Source of the DNA: Carcharhinus longimanus
Taxonomy: Eukaryota
DNA: 64,000 bases
Assembly: GCA_030264375.1 (NCBI GenBank)
Contig: JASCQW010000150.1
Location: 36,125,803 to 36,189,802 of the forward strand
Direction of reading: 5' to 3'
Shown: positions 35,963-47,692 of the stretch, piece by piece
Numbering within the stretch: position 1 is the stretch's first letter
How the letters are laid out: each line of letters begins with the position of its first letter
Notes under the pieces: generated by a model
The model's database searches: none
What the model was told of the DNA's origin: nothing
What the model saw: the letters and a program-made list of their open reading frames with translations, nothing else
Made by a program: the position numbers and the translations under genes

Positions 35963-38549
35963 GAAACCAAAAGAAAACATGCTGGAAGATCTCAGGTCTG
36001 GCAGTATCTGTAAAAGAAAAGGACTGATGTTTCGAGCCCAGATGACCCTCTGGCAAAGCTAAAAGGCATCGTAAGTGGGAGATATTTATACTGTTGGGTG
36101 AAGGGATGAAAGATGAGTTAGCCACAAAAACAAAGGGAAAGGCTGCTAGTGGCAGTCCATAGAGAATAGGAGGTCTGAAAGGCCAAACGGCAGAGAAACT
36201 GAAACCAGAAGGTAAACTGTGGCAGAAGATGATGTGGGGTGGGGGTGGGGAAGATGGGTGGGAGAAAGGTATAATTGAGAAGAAGGGGGAAAGAGGGAAG
36301 CAAAGGGGTGAAAAGAAAAGGGGATAAAATGGGGAGGGAAAGAGTAGGCGGGCAGAAAAATTAAAATAAAGAAACAGAAGGCAGAGAACAGTAAAAATTG
36401 AATAAAATGAAAACAAAGGGGTTGAGGTGGGGTAGAGTTATTCATCTGAAGTTGTTGAATTCAATGTTGAGACTGGAAGGCAGTAACGTGCCTAACCGGT
36501 AGGTGAGATGCTGTTTCTCCACTTTGCGTTGACCTTCACTGGAACACTGCAGCAGGCCAAGGACAGACGTGGACATGTAAGCAAGATCATGTGTTAAAAT
36601 GGTAAGCCATGGGAAGATCAGGGTCCTGATTGCGCACAGACCAAAGGTGCTCAGCAAAGCAATCATCCAGTCTATGTTTGGTCTCTCCGATATAGAGACC
36701 ACATTGGAAGCGGCGAATGCAATAGACCAAATTGAAAGAGGTGCAAGTGAAACCCTGCAAGTGAAACTCTAGTTAACCTGGAATGTGTGTTTTGGACCTT
36801 GGATGGTAAGTATGGAAGAGGTAAAGGGGCAGGTGTTATATCTTCTGTGATTGCATAGGAAGGTGCCATAGGTGACAGGAGAGGTGTTGGTTATAATGGA
36901 GTAGTGGACTGGGTTATCCCTGGGGGGACGATCTCTGAGGAATGCTGACAGAGGGAGTGAAGAAAAGATGTGTTCAGTGGTGGCATCACACTGAAGTTGG
37001 TGAAAATGACGGAGCATTATGCTTTGCATGTGGAGGCTGGTGAGGTGAAATAAGAACAAGGAGGACTCTATCCTTCTTCTGGGAGAGATGGAAAGGGGTG
37101 AGGATCGTGGTGCTGGAAATGGACCGCGTGCTGTTGCCAGCTCTGTCAACTTCTGTGGATGGGAAACCATGGTTGAGGAAAGAGCACATATTAGAAGCAC
37201 CACTTTGGAAAGTGGTATAATTGGAACCAATATGATGGAGGCGAAGGAGCTGAGAGAAAGGGATGGAGTCCTTACAGGATGTAGGCTGTGAAGAACTGTA
37301 GTCTAGATAGCTGTGGGAGTCAGCACACTTGTAACGGAGACAGAAACGTCAAGGAAGGGAAGGGAAGTACCTGAGATGGACTAGGTGAAGGTGATGGAGT
37401 GGTGGAAATTGGAAGCGAAGTTGATGAATGTTTCCAGGTCTGGACGAGAACATGAAGCGGCACCAAAATAGTAATCAGTGTACCAGTAAAGGAGTTGTGG
37501 GAGGGGATCTGGGCAGATCTGGAACAAGGAATGTTCCACAACCCCAAAAAAAAAGACAAGCGTATTTAGGACCCATGCAGATACCATTGTTACTCCTCTG
37601 ATTTGGAGAAAGTGGGATGAATTAAAGGAGAAGTTGTTGAGAGATAGAACGAGTTCAGCCAGGTGGAGGAGAGTAGTGGTGAATAGGAATTGTTCAGACT
37701 TCTTTTCAAGAAAGGAGCGAACAGCTCTCAGGCCATCCTGGTGTGGGATGGAGATATAGAGTGATTGCACATCCATGGTGAATACAAGGCGGTCAGAGCC
37801 TGCGAACTGGAAGCTGTCAATATGACACAGGTCATCAGAGAAATCCCGAATGCAGGTGGGGAGGGAATGAATCAGAGGAGTGAGGGTGGACTCAAGTGGG
37901 GCATGAGCTGACACAATAAGCCGACACAATGAGCCTACTAGGACAGTCCTTTGTGGATTTTGTGAAATAGGTAGAAGTGGGCTGCCTGGGGTTGGGAGAC
38001 TATGAGGTTGGAAGCTTATCCAGAGCTGGTGGGGAAGGCATCCAGAGGAAATGAGGTCAGTGATGGTGTTGGAGATAGTGGCTTGACGTTCAGTGGTGTG
38101 GTCACTGTCCAAGGGTAGGTAGGAGGAAGTATCTGAGAGTTGGTGCTCAGCCTCTGTGAGGTAGAATTCAGTATACCATACGACAACAGCACTTCCTTTG
38201 TTGGCAGGTTTGACAACAAAGTCGGGGTTGGATCTGAGGGAGCGAAGAGCAGAAAGTTCAGGAGAGGTTAGAATGGGTGAGGGGGACAGAAATATTAAGA
38301 TGGCCAACGTCCCGTCAACAGCTCTCAATGAAAAGATAATTGTCCCTTTGGGGGTGTCCAACTAGAGGACACCTCCCTACAGTATAAATATCCCCCACCT
38401 TCTATGTCTTTTAACTTTGACAAAGCGTCATCTGGACTCGAAATGTCAGCTCTTTTCTCTCCTTACAGATGCTGCCAGAGCTGCTGAGATTTCCTGGCAT
38501 TTTCTCTTTTGGTTTCAGATTTCAGCATCAGCAGTAATTTGCTTTTATC
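35963..38549 (-). mobile_element. Penelope-like retroelement (RT + GIY-YIG endonuclease) with inverted terminal repeats and 15-bp TSD
   Basis: ORF 37381-38361 KPANKGSAVVVW..TMDVQSLYISIPH..LNNFSFN; CGLYIGETKHRL..FAEHL at ~36640-36710; IRs 35963-36094 and 38379-38516; TSD cagctacctggtggt at 35948-35962 and 38550-38564. Confidence 0.9.
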
Positions 38550-38979
38550 CAGCTACCTGGTGGTCCCTGGCACAGACAACTTTGAAAACAACTGTAACAG
38601 TCACATAATCCAATTAAGATTAGTAAGTGTTACAAGCTTGTACCGTCTGATTTGTGACAATAATGAAAATGTTCATTTAAAGATTTAAAAATGGAGTTCT
38701 TCAAACTTATTTATTCTTTGTTACTTCTATGGTTTTCTTCGATGGTCTGGAATATTTAGTGGCTCCAAAATGGCAGAGTTTAAAAAAAAAGCTTTTCAAC
38801 AGACTACTTATTTTTCATGCAGTCTTCAGTTATAGACTAGCGCTGCTTGGGTGGTATTCTTGTGTCCATCATTTAGATAGGTAGTGGGGATGGGGAAGGG
38901 TGGTGGAGGTGGAGGGAACAGAACTTATCTGGCACTCTTGCTCCACATAGTTAATGGAAAGACAGGGATGATAACCAAA

Positions 38980-40208
38980 TTAGGCTCTGTAGGGATGGGC
39001 AAAGAGCCTGCTTGTATTCACTCTCTATCTACTTCACTTGTAAATAGATTGTACTTAACCAAGTATAGCAACTGACATGTGGAAGAGTCAGCAACTTCAG
39101 GAGGACAGGAGGAAAAGAAGATAACCACATTTTATAAGTGGATATTAAATACACTACATGAGAAAGTGGAAGCAGATTCAACAGGTTAGTTTGCCGGGTG
39201 TTAACGATGGAAAGATGGTAGGAGTGGAGGGCCTGAATGAGATCATTGTTACTAGAGAGGCAGNNNNNNNNNNNNNNNNNNNNNNNNNNNNNNNNNNNNN
39301 NNNNNNNNNNNNNNNNNNNNNNNNNNNNNNNNNNNNNNNNNNNNNNNNNNNNNNNNNNNNNNNAGCCATGATCTTATTGAATGGTGGGGCAGGCTCGAAG
39401 GGCTAGATGGCCTACTCCTACTCCTATTTCTTATGTTCTTTTTTTTAAACAAAGGAAAGTGAATAAATACTTGATAAGGATAGATTTGCAGAGAAGTGGG
39501 ATTGATTGGTTCACCTTTTCAAAGAGCCAACACAGATGGCTTGAATGGCCTCTGATGTATGATTCAATTATATGTGAAAGAGCAGGTGTTCAAATGAAAT
39601 ATGCAACACCTCAAGAAAGTTTGAAACTCAGAATTTCTCTTCTCTAGTGTCAGAAAAGACCCCAAATGAATCCTCAGAGGATGGGAAAACCAATTGGGCT
39701 GAGTTAGCAGAGGATCCTGTCCTATACTGCATGGTCTATGTTCCTACCGTCGGGTCATCCCGGCTTGTCCGAGGAGTTAGAAAGAGGTAGTACTAATCCC
39801 TCAGTTGATAAATGCAACATACAGACCAGAACATGCGAAGTTCACCACTCCGTCTATGTTGAGTTAACTGACCAGGGCCAGCAGCCAGAGAAACAGTTTT
39901 GTCCTTACTTGTTGTATCAAAACCCATCTCTTTCACTTTCCTCCCTGAACAATCTCATTGGCAGGGGATGGAAAGTCTCTCCATGCCCTTTGTCCAGGCT
40001 CACATTTGATCAATGTGCAGCCAGCTGGAAAAACAGGAGTGAGGATCAGATTAGGCTCTGTGGGAATGGGCAAAAGGCCTGTTCATATTCACTCTCTAAC
40101 TACTGCTCTCGTAAATAGATAGTACTTAACCAAAGTATTGCAACTGACATGTGGAAGAGTCAGCAACTTCAGAAGAAGACAGGTGGAAAAGGGAGACAAC
40201 CACATTTA
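38980..40208. repeat. Dispersed direct repeat of ~155 bp (38980-39133 and 40051-40208)
   Basis: ttaggctctgt..gtaaatagat.gtacttaacc..gcaactgacatgtggaagagtcagcaacttcag..aaccacattt present in both copies. Confidence 0.9.
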
Positions 40209-41244
40209 CCCTCCACCCACTCCCTCATTTCCCCCAATTACTCCATTTACTAATACTGATCTATCACATCAGCAGTGGTTATGAAAAGTGACCATATATG
40301 ACAAATATGGCTGATATTCCTCCTTACTTCCCAAGACTCTGCTACATTGTCACGAATGCTTCTCCAGCCGAGATCCACAAATCTAAAATTCTCTGGTATT
40401 ACACTGGCCGACGTACTTCCCTTTTGAATTCAAGGTAGGAATTCTTACTTGTGAGATCTGACGTACACAACACTTATACTAGCTGTTAGAAGAAACTTGA
40501 GTACATGTATATTCATTAAGTGACTTAAGATGATGAACACACAAACACACAAAATATTTAAAATCATCTTCTTACCAGTCACAAGAAGTCAGCAATCAAA
40601 CCACGTGGGCTTTTGTCAAATTGTTGATAGTGTGGTTCACAACGTCAGATTGTTAATCCTTTATACCAGCTCCTCTGATAATGCCACCAGCATTTACTAT
40701 TAACACAATGCTAAAAAAAATTAACATTAAAAACAAATTAAATCTCAAAAATAATCAGACCACTTTTAGCAGTTTAAATTTTGAACAGTGCAGTTGATGA
40801 CAATCTTTTTGTAAGAGATTTGTACTTACTGATCTCTTTCATCTCCTTCCTCCTACTTGCTGTCAATGTTTTAAACCAGCAACTAGGAATAGCCTGATGG
40901 AGGATATTTTGTGTAGATTGTCTCTCTCATTTGCGATATCAAGAGATTCTGCCCCTCCAACTAATACTCTATTCGCCACAAGTACAACTTATNNNNNNNN
41001 NNNNNNNNNNNNNNNNNNNNNNNNNNNNNNCAAGGGGCATACAGCATCTATGAATGTCACCAAATGATCTTTCCTAGACAGAGGTAAGACAGAAAAAGTA
41101 ATTTTAAAAATGCTTACATGCAATGGTAATATGAACTAAATCAGGTCATTTCCTGCTTCCATTATTTTCAAAATCTCCTCTTAAGGGTTTGCAGGCAGTA
41201 GCCACTTTTTATGTCAAATTACTGTGTTGGGTGTCATCACACTA

Positions 41245-41478
41245 AAGTTCATTTATTAGTGTCACAAATAAGCTTACATTAACACTACAGTGAAGTTACT
41301 GTGAAAATTCCTTAGTTGGCATATTCCGGAATCTGTCCGGGTACACTAACCAGCACGTCTTTTGGACTGTGGAAGGAAACCCATGCAGACAAAGGGAGAT
41401 GCGTAAACTCCACACAAAATCACCCAACCTGGGTCCCTGGCACTCTGACACAGCAATGCTAACCAATGTGCCATCGTG
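41245..41478 (-). mobile_element. HE1-like V-SINE, internally deleted
   Basis: Same tail and V-domain as 6815-7120. Confidence 0.8.
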
Positions 41479-44400
41479 TGGGAGATCATAGCCAATCCCA
41501 ATTCTATTTTCACTTTGTAACTTTTTTTGGAAAAGAGCTGGATAAGCAGTGTTCTAAGTACAAGTTTTAAACCACTTGGACCAGGAATTTACTGGGTCTT
41601 ATCTAGCTATGGAGTTATTTGGTCTCAGTACAATCGCAGGAGTGCTCCAAAGAACTTTTGGAATTGTAGGCTAGGGTGGAAAGCCCAGCATTCATTTATT
41701 AAAAAGTGGGAATTAGATTAAGGCATGTTTGCGTTTGGTTACAATGCTTCATTCTCCTCCTTTCATGGCTTAGATTAGAATGGCTACTTGGACAAGTTGC
41801 TTGATAACATTCATGACCCATAATCAACATGAGTCAACATGTTCAGGAGTAAGTGGCGGGGGTTGGGGGGGGGTCGTCCACAAAACTTACGTAAAAATTT
41901 TTACCTCAATGCCAAATACTTTATGGAGCAAGTTGGCTATTAGATTGCTGGGGGTATGGATGATTCATCCATACAATGCACCTGGATTGCCAATGTACAC
42001 TTTTTGTTAACCATATTCAAAGGATTGGGGATGGATATGAGGCTGTTGCAATGTAAAAGAACAAAGAAAATTGCAGCATAGGAATAGGCCCTTCGGCCCT
42101 CCAAGCTTGCACTGACCGTTCTGCCCAACTGAAATAAAACTGTTTATCCTTCCGGGGACCATATCCCTCTATTTCCTTCTGATTCATCTATTTGTCAAGA
42201 CGCCCATTGAAAGTCACTAAATGTCATGATTGGTAACGTCAAAACTTTCAATTTTAGGTTGTAATGTTATGTTCTCCATACCTGAATTAATGAAATGGCA
42301 CAAATGCTTTTATTATTTTTGACTTCACGTGACAGCTATCATGGATACTACAATCATCCTTGCTGAACGTGAGAACAGGGTGTTAAAAATTGGGTCAGCA
42401 TTCTTGCTTCTGGTGAACTTGCTGGTAGATGTGTGTGTATCACAGGAATATCAAGTGAGTACTTTATACTGTTGAAATCACAACTGAACCTAGTGTCCTG
42501 GTGCTATTCACTATCTAGCTTACAAAGAATAAACAGAATTATGCTTTGTTCTCTCCTCCCATGCCTTAGGCTTTCAAAAAATTGTAGGATTAAACAAAAA
42601 GCTATATTTCAGTTTCAATTCAGGAGACTGATATTTGCAAATTGGCTTCTGGTGATCACACAACTAAATGCAAATTTCTTAATCCAGCAGGAGAGCTCAA
42701 GTTATCAGAACTGGATTTGGCAATGTAATTTGAACCAAGTACAAAATCATTACATCCACAATGACAAGTCATGGACTGACAGTATTAGGTAGTTTTCTTT
42801 TGAAAAATGACTGGATCTTGTCCAGTTGGATAGCCATTTAAGATAGAAAGGATAGTAAGCACAGGAAACATTCAAAAACCAATTCCTAAGCAGAGTGAGG
42901 TCAATGTTAGGAAATATTATTTTCTTGAAATTTTGGCAAATATTTATTCCTTACTGTCTTTCAAAGGGAGCTGGATGAGTTCCTGGAAAAGATGGCAGCA
43001 TTTTATGAACCTATCCTGAAGAAGGGTCCCGTTCCCAGCTGCTGGCAGTGCACATCAGGAGACTGAGTGGAACGTTATCTATCAGCAGCACATACCTCAA
43101 CATTTTTTAAAGCAGCACTAAAACCATCCTGCGCCATGGTACCACAATTAAGAAGTAACTAAAAAACTTGGTTTAAAAAGAATGCGTTGTGGGAAGATTT
43201 TTAAAGGCATTAGGTGGAGAGACAGGTTTAAACAAAAAAAAACTCCACTAAATAGAACAGGCCTAAAGCAGCAGAAGTCTCTGCTACCAACTTCAGGAAT
43301 GTAGGAAGAGGGAATGCACAAAATAGGCCAGACTCAAAGGTCAGAAGCATGAGGAAGGAGGAGGCATATATGGAGATCATGAAATCAGGATTGAAGTTTG
43401 ACCAGTGAAGGAATTAAAGATAAGGTCAAAAGACTTTGAATAATGCTTTGGGCACAAGGACTCAATATAGTGACTGTAAGACCGCCTCTTACAAGCTTAT
43501 CAGAAATTAGAATCAAGCACTGCTAGAAGTTATTTGCCCACTTTGCACAAAGCCCAATTTTCATGATTCTAAATGTCATGTTCCCTTGACAATATTGTAT
43601 TTTAGACTGCGCTATGTGGAGCACTTTTAAGTCTCCAACCTGCTCCTTATAGTAAAACGTCGCAGTCAGGTCATGAATTGATGCTGTAGTGCATTAAAGG
43701 AAAGCAGGTGCTCAGAAAACCATCCTATCCTACTGAGGCTAGCCCTGGAATAAAATTCCAGTGTTCCATGAGATGGATTTTCAAGTGTTTAGGCCAATTG
43801 TTAGACCTTGATACAGAACAGAGATACTCAAAATGGAAAACATTGGTTAAGTGAAGGTCATCAAAAAAAAAAGAGCCTGAGCATTATTTCAAAGAGTATT
43901 TATTCCAGTCTACATACTTCAGGCCTGCTGTTTTTTTTCTCCACTGGACTGTACAGCAATTTTGTGCATTTTGTGAAAACTGGACATAAAAACAGTAACT
44001 TCTTATAAAAATCTGTACAGCAAGGTTCCTAAACACCCTAATACAAATTACTCCTATACAGATGACATACAATATGGAGCAATGATTTTTTAAAATAAAA
44101 TCATTTTTCTATTATGCATTTCATATTTNNNNNNNNNNNNNNNNNNNNNNNNNNNNNNNNNNNNNNNNNNNNNNNNNNNNNNNNNNNNNNNNNNNNNNNN
44201 NNNNNNNNNNNNNNNNNNNNNNNNNNNNNNNNNNNNNNNNNNNNNNNNNNNNNNNNNNNNNNNNNNNNNNNNNNNNNNNNNNNNNNNNNNNNNNNNNNNN
44301 NNNNNNNNNNNNNNNNNNNNNNNNNNNNNNNNNNNNNNNNNNNNNNNNNNNNNNNNNNNNNNNNNNNNNNNNNNNNNNNNNNNNNNNNNNNNNNNNNNNN

Positions 44401-45564
44401 NNNNNNNNNNNNNNNNNNNNNNNNNNNNNNNNNNNNNNNNNNNNNNNNNNNNNNNNNNNNNNNNNNNNNNNNNNNNNNNNNNNNNNNNNNNNNNNNNNNN
44501 NNNNNNNNNNNNNNNNNNNNNNNNNNNNNNNNNNNNNNNGCTTTATAAGACATGAATTTACTGGGTCACAATCATAATTTCTTTTATATGTACCTTTTAT
44601 CCATTAGAGGCAACAGTTGTGGTAACCACTCTTTATGATCTTTCAGGGCCTCAACATCAAACTGGTCTATCGTTAAAGTATGTACCAAACATGTCAACTG
44701 CCTGATTTCTCCACACATCTGAGCTGACTAATTCTATGCTTCCAGTGTTTCCTGTTTAGTTTCAAATAGAATCCAGTTCCCTAAACTTCTTGGGCCAGTT
44801 TCCAGACAAGGCCCACAAGTCACTTTTAACATCCCAAATTGGATTCAAAATAATATAGAAAATTTGGATTTGGTTTTATTCAAGTACCTTATCCTATGTT
44901 TTCTAATCCAAGAATTCAGGAATACTGACCTGGGAAACTGTTAAACTAAAGCCTATTGGTCAAATGTAAACCCCAAGACCCAACAAGTTGAGCCAACCAT
45001 GCTTTAGTTTATGTTGATTGGCTGGCATCCAGCACGTAATCCTGGAGATTTGAAAAGGACTTTTTAAGCACTGTTGCCACAACATTGGATAAATATTAAT
45101 CTGAACACCAAGGTCTATTACTCTTAGCAACTTCAAATATACATAGGTTAAGGGAAAAAGATAGATTTAAACTTTATGTTTGACCTCCTAAAGATTCATT
45201 GTAACTCATAAGTTATTACGAATACCTCAGACTCTCCTCACTTATGACCAAAAAAAGCTAATTACAACCTGACTTCCATCATGCCATCCTCATTCATTAC
45301 TTAGGAACAGAATTTAAGTCTTCCTTTAGCTGCAAATTTGCAGTGGATGGGGAGGGAGGGGGATGCAGTGGCCAGTTGACAGTGGCCAATACCACTTTTA
45401 TTTCCACAAATTCAACTAATCTAATCCCCTAACCACTGGCAAGATAATGACTGAAGCCAACAACAATTACTCATTGATTTTTGATCCAGTACAACCTACA
45501 TTTGTATTAGCCAGGGGTCAGCTTTCTTCTGCCTGCTTTGAAACCTTTTTTGAGAAGTCTAGGC

Positions 45565-46566
45565 CAGTGGTTCCCAACTGCCATGAAAAAAGATTCAAAA
45601 TGATTAAAAATTAATGTAATTAAACTAAAACTAACCTCCACCTTTAGCCCTGTAGTCACCTTCTCAAAGACCCGATGAACCTCAGGTCTCCTGCGCTGAT
45701 TAGGACAGAGCTGCAGGTGTGCGGTTGAGATTTTTTTCTGTTCGTCAGGCCCATGACCAACAGGACTTGCAACTGACGACAAAGATCCCATGCCCTCACA
45801 CAAAAAGCAAAGACTCAAAAAGGGTGCAAAACCCTGGTTGAAGTGAGAGAGACAGGAGTAAAAACTGGCATATGCTGTTCTGAAAATCACAATATTGAAA
45901 CCATGCCAATATTTTGTACCTATAATAACATATACCTAATGTCTAGATATGAGATTAGCATTATGCTTAAACTTCTGTCCTGCACTCCACCCTTCTTTTT
46001 TTTTAAAAAAGTTGCACTTTTTTCTCATACTTCTTTTCTACCTGAAGTAATACTACTCAAAATATCAATAATAGCAAAATACTGCAGATCTGACATAAGA
46101 AAAAATACTGGAAAAACTCATAATTGGGAAGTATCCGTGGAGAGACAGTCAATATTCGTGCTGATGACCATTTCAAAATATTCAATCTTGCATTAACTGG
46201 ATAAATTATTTGTGAACTGTTTTTAAGGAAATCAAGAATTCCTTTGTACAGTTTACATTTATATTGGATTGTTTACGTTTTTCCCAGTCAATGGCCCAGG
46301 TTTTGCAATAGCTGGAACTGAAGCTATCAGAGCACGTTATCATGGTAGGAATTGGGTTTTTGGCATACCCTCATGCACAGTATAACATGGAAACCCGTCT
46401 TTCTCAATTCTCTCTGGATTTCTGCCCAAACTGTCATTGCAAATGGAAGCTGAAAATGGCCCCAAAAAGTCTTGCTAAAGGGTAGTTTGGAGAAAATAGG
46501 TGTGCCTCAAAAATATTTTGATAGTACAGAGGTGTGCCTTAACATATAAAAGATTGGAAACCACTG
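45565..46566. mobile_element. Non-autonomous hAT (Charlie-like) DNA transposon
   Basis: TIRs cagtggttcccaa / ttggaaaccactg (12/13); 8-bp TSD gtctaggc / gcctaggc with central TA. Confidence 0.8.
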
Positions 46567-46714
46567 GCCTAGGCTTCAATTTCCATTTACTATGTAAATG
46601 ATTGACAATTGACTCCAGTTGTCTAAATCAATAGACCATAACTTGCAGTTATTAGTCTACTTCACTCATGGAAATGCTGTTTTCCCACTGACTGAAATAA
46701 AAATACTGTTTACT

Positions 46715-47075
46715 TCAGCATCCTTGTCTCTGGGTCAGAAATTAGTGACCTAGGCACTTAACTCCAGAGCAAGATTTCAGTGCTATGAGAAAAGCGTTGT
46801 TCCATCAGATGTAATCTATTGATTATGATCTACCAATGTTTTTCCCTGTCTGCCTACTTATGCATGTAAAAGATCCCCAGGCGATACTTGAAGAGGAGAG
46901 TGCTCTTCAATGTCCTGGCCAACATTTATCCCTCAAACCATCATCACCAAAAATAAGTAATTTTATCATTTGTTAATTTGTGTCTTTGCTTTGGGCAAAT
47001 TGACTGTGAAGGCCATCTATAACGGGAGTATATTTTAGAAAGCCCCACTGCTTATAAAGCACTAGACAAATGCAA
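46715..47075 (+). mobile_element. DeuSINE (SacSINE1/AmnSINE1-related) relic
   Basis: ccctgtctgcc..gtaaaagatccc..tgaagaggag..tgtcctggccaacatttatccctcaa matches the Deu domain as recalled. Confidence 0.65.
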
Positions 47076-47680
47076 CGTATTACCTGTTTTGAGGTGGACT
47101 GTCCCCAGCAAAGAATTCTGTACCAACTGGTAACTCCTGCATATTAAACAACAGCAGACATGATACCACTAGTTCTTGGTACCAATTCAATTACGCAATT
47201 TCAATTTGCATTTTTAGAATAAATGATTGAAAATTACCACTGATTAATTCAGTTAAATATTGTGTTGGAATACATAACTAAATTGGCACTAAGAACTGGA
47301 CACAACAGTATATCTTTCAACTTCTGTAGTTTACCAACATAGCTGAACAGAAAATTAATAGACAAGTCCAATATAATACAGGTTTGGCTGAATAATGGTA
47401 ACTGTCACCTTCTAAATACTATCCTCCCTCTGATCTCAACCTTTCCAAATTCAGAATGGGCCAAACTGTAACCATTATACAAACAGGCCTTGTGTCTGCA
47501 TCTTGAAATACCTACCTAACTTCTTAGATGAGTAATCAAAATAGGTGGAAGGGGGCAAAAATAGGCATCCAGATATGCGGGATTAATTTCCTAAAATTGA
47601 TAAATAAAGATACAACCAATTATACAACTTGAATAAGACACAATTATGATCTTAGGCTGCTTATTGGTCAGTACCACAAG

Positions 47681-47692
47681 GCCCTCTAGCGG
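47681..47692 (-). promoter_or_regulatory. Candidate CTCF binding site
   Basis: Minus strand CCGCTAGAGGGC fits the core consensus CCRCYAGRKGGC; motif evidence only. Confidence 0.45.

Larger units (their letters stand above)
35417..38617 (+). pseudogene. Ig light chain C pseudogene 3, split by a SINE and a Penelope element
   Basis: ttacag|CT CAG CAA CTT GCT GAT CCT TCA (AQQLADPS)..ELSTKGDA; after the SINE TLCLASKLSMSFAGASWTVTG..LNSYLVV; after Penelope PGTD and a decayed C-terminus. Confidence 0.85.
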
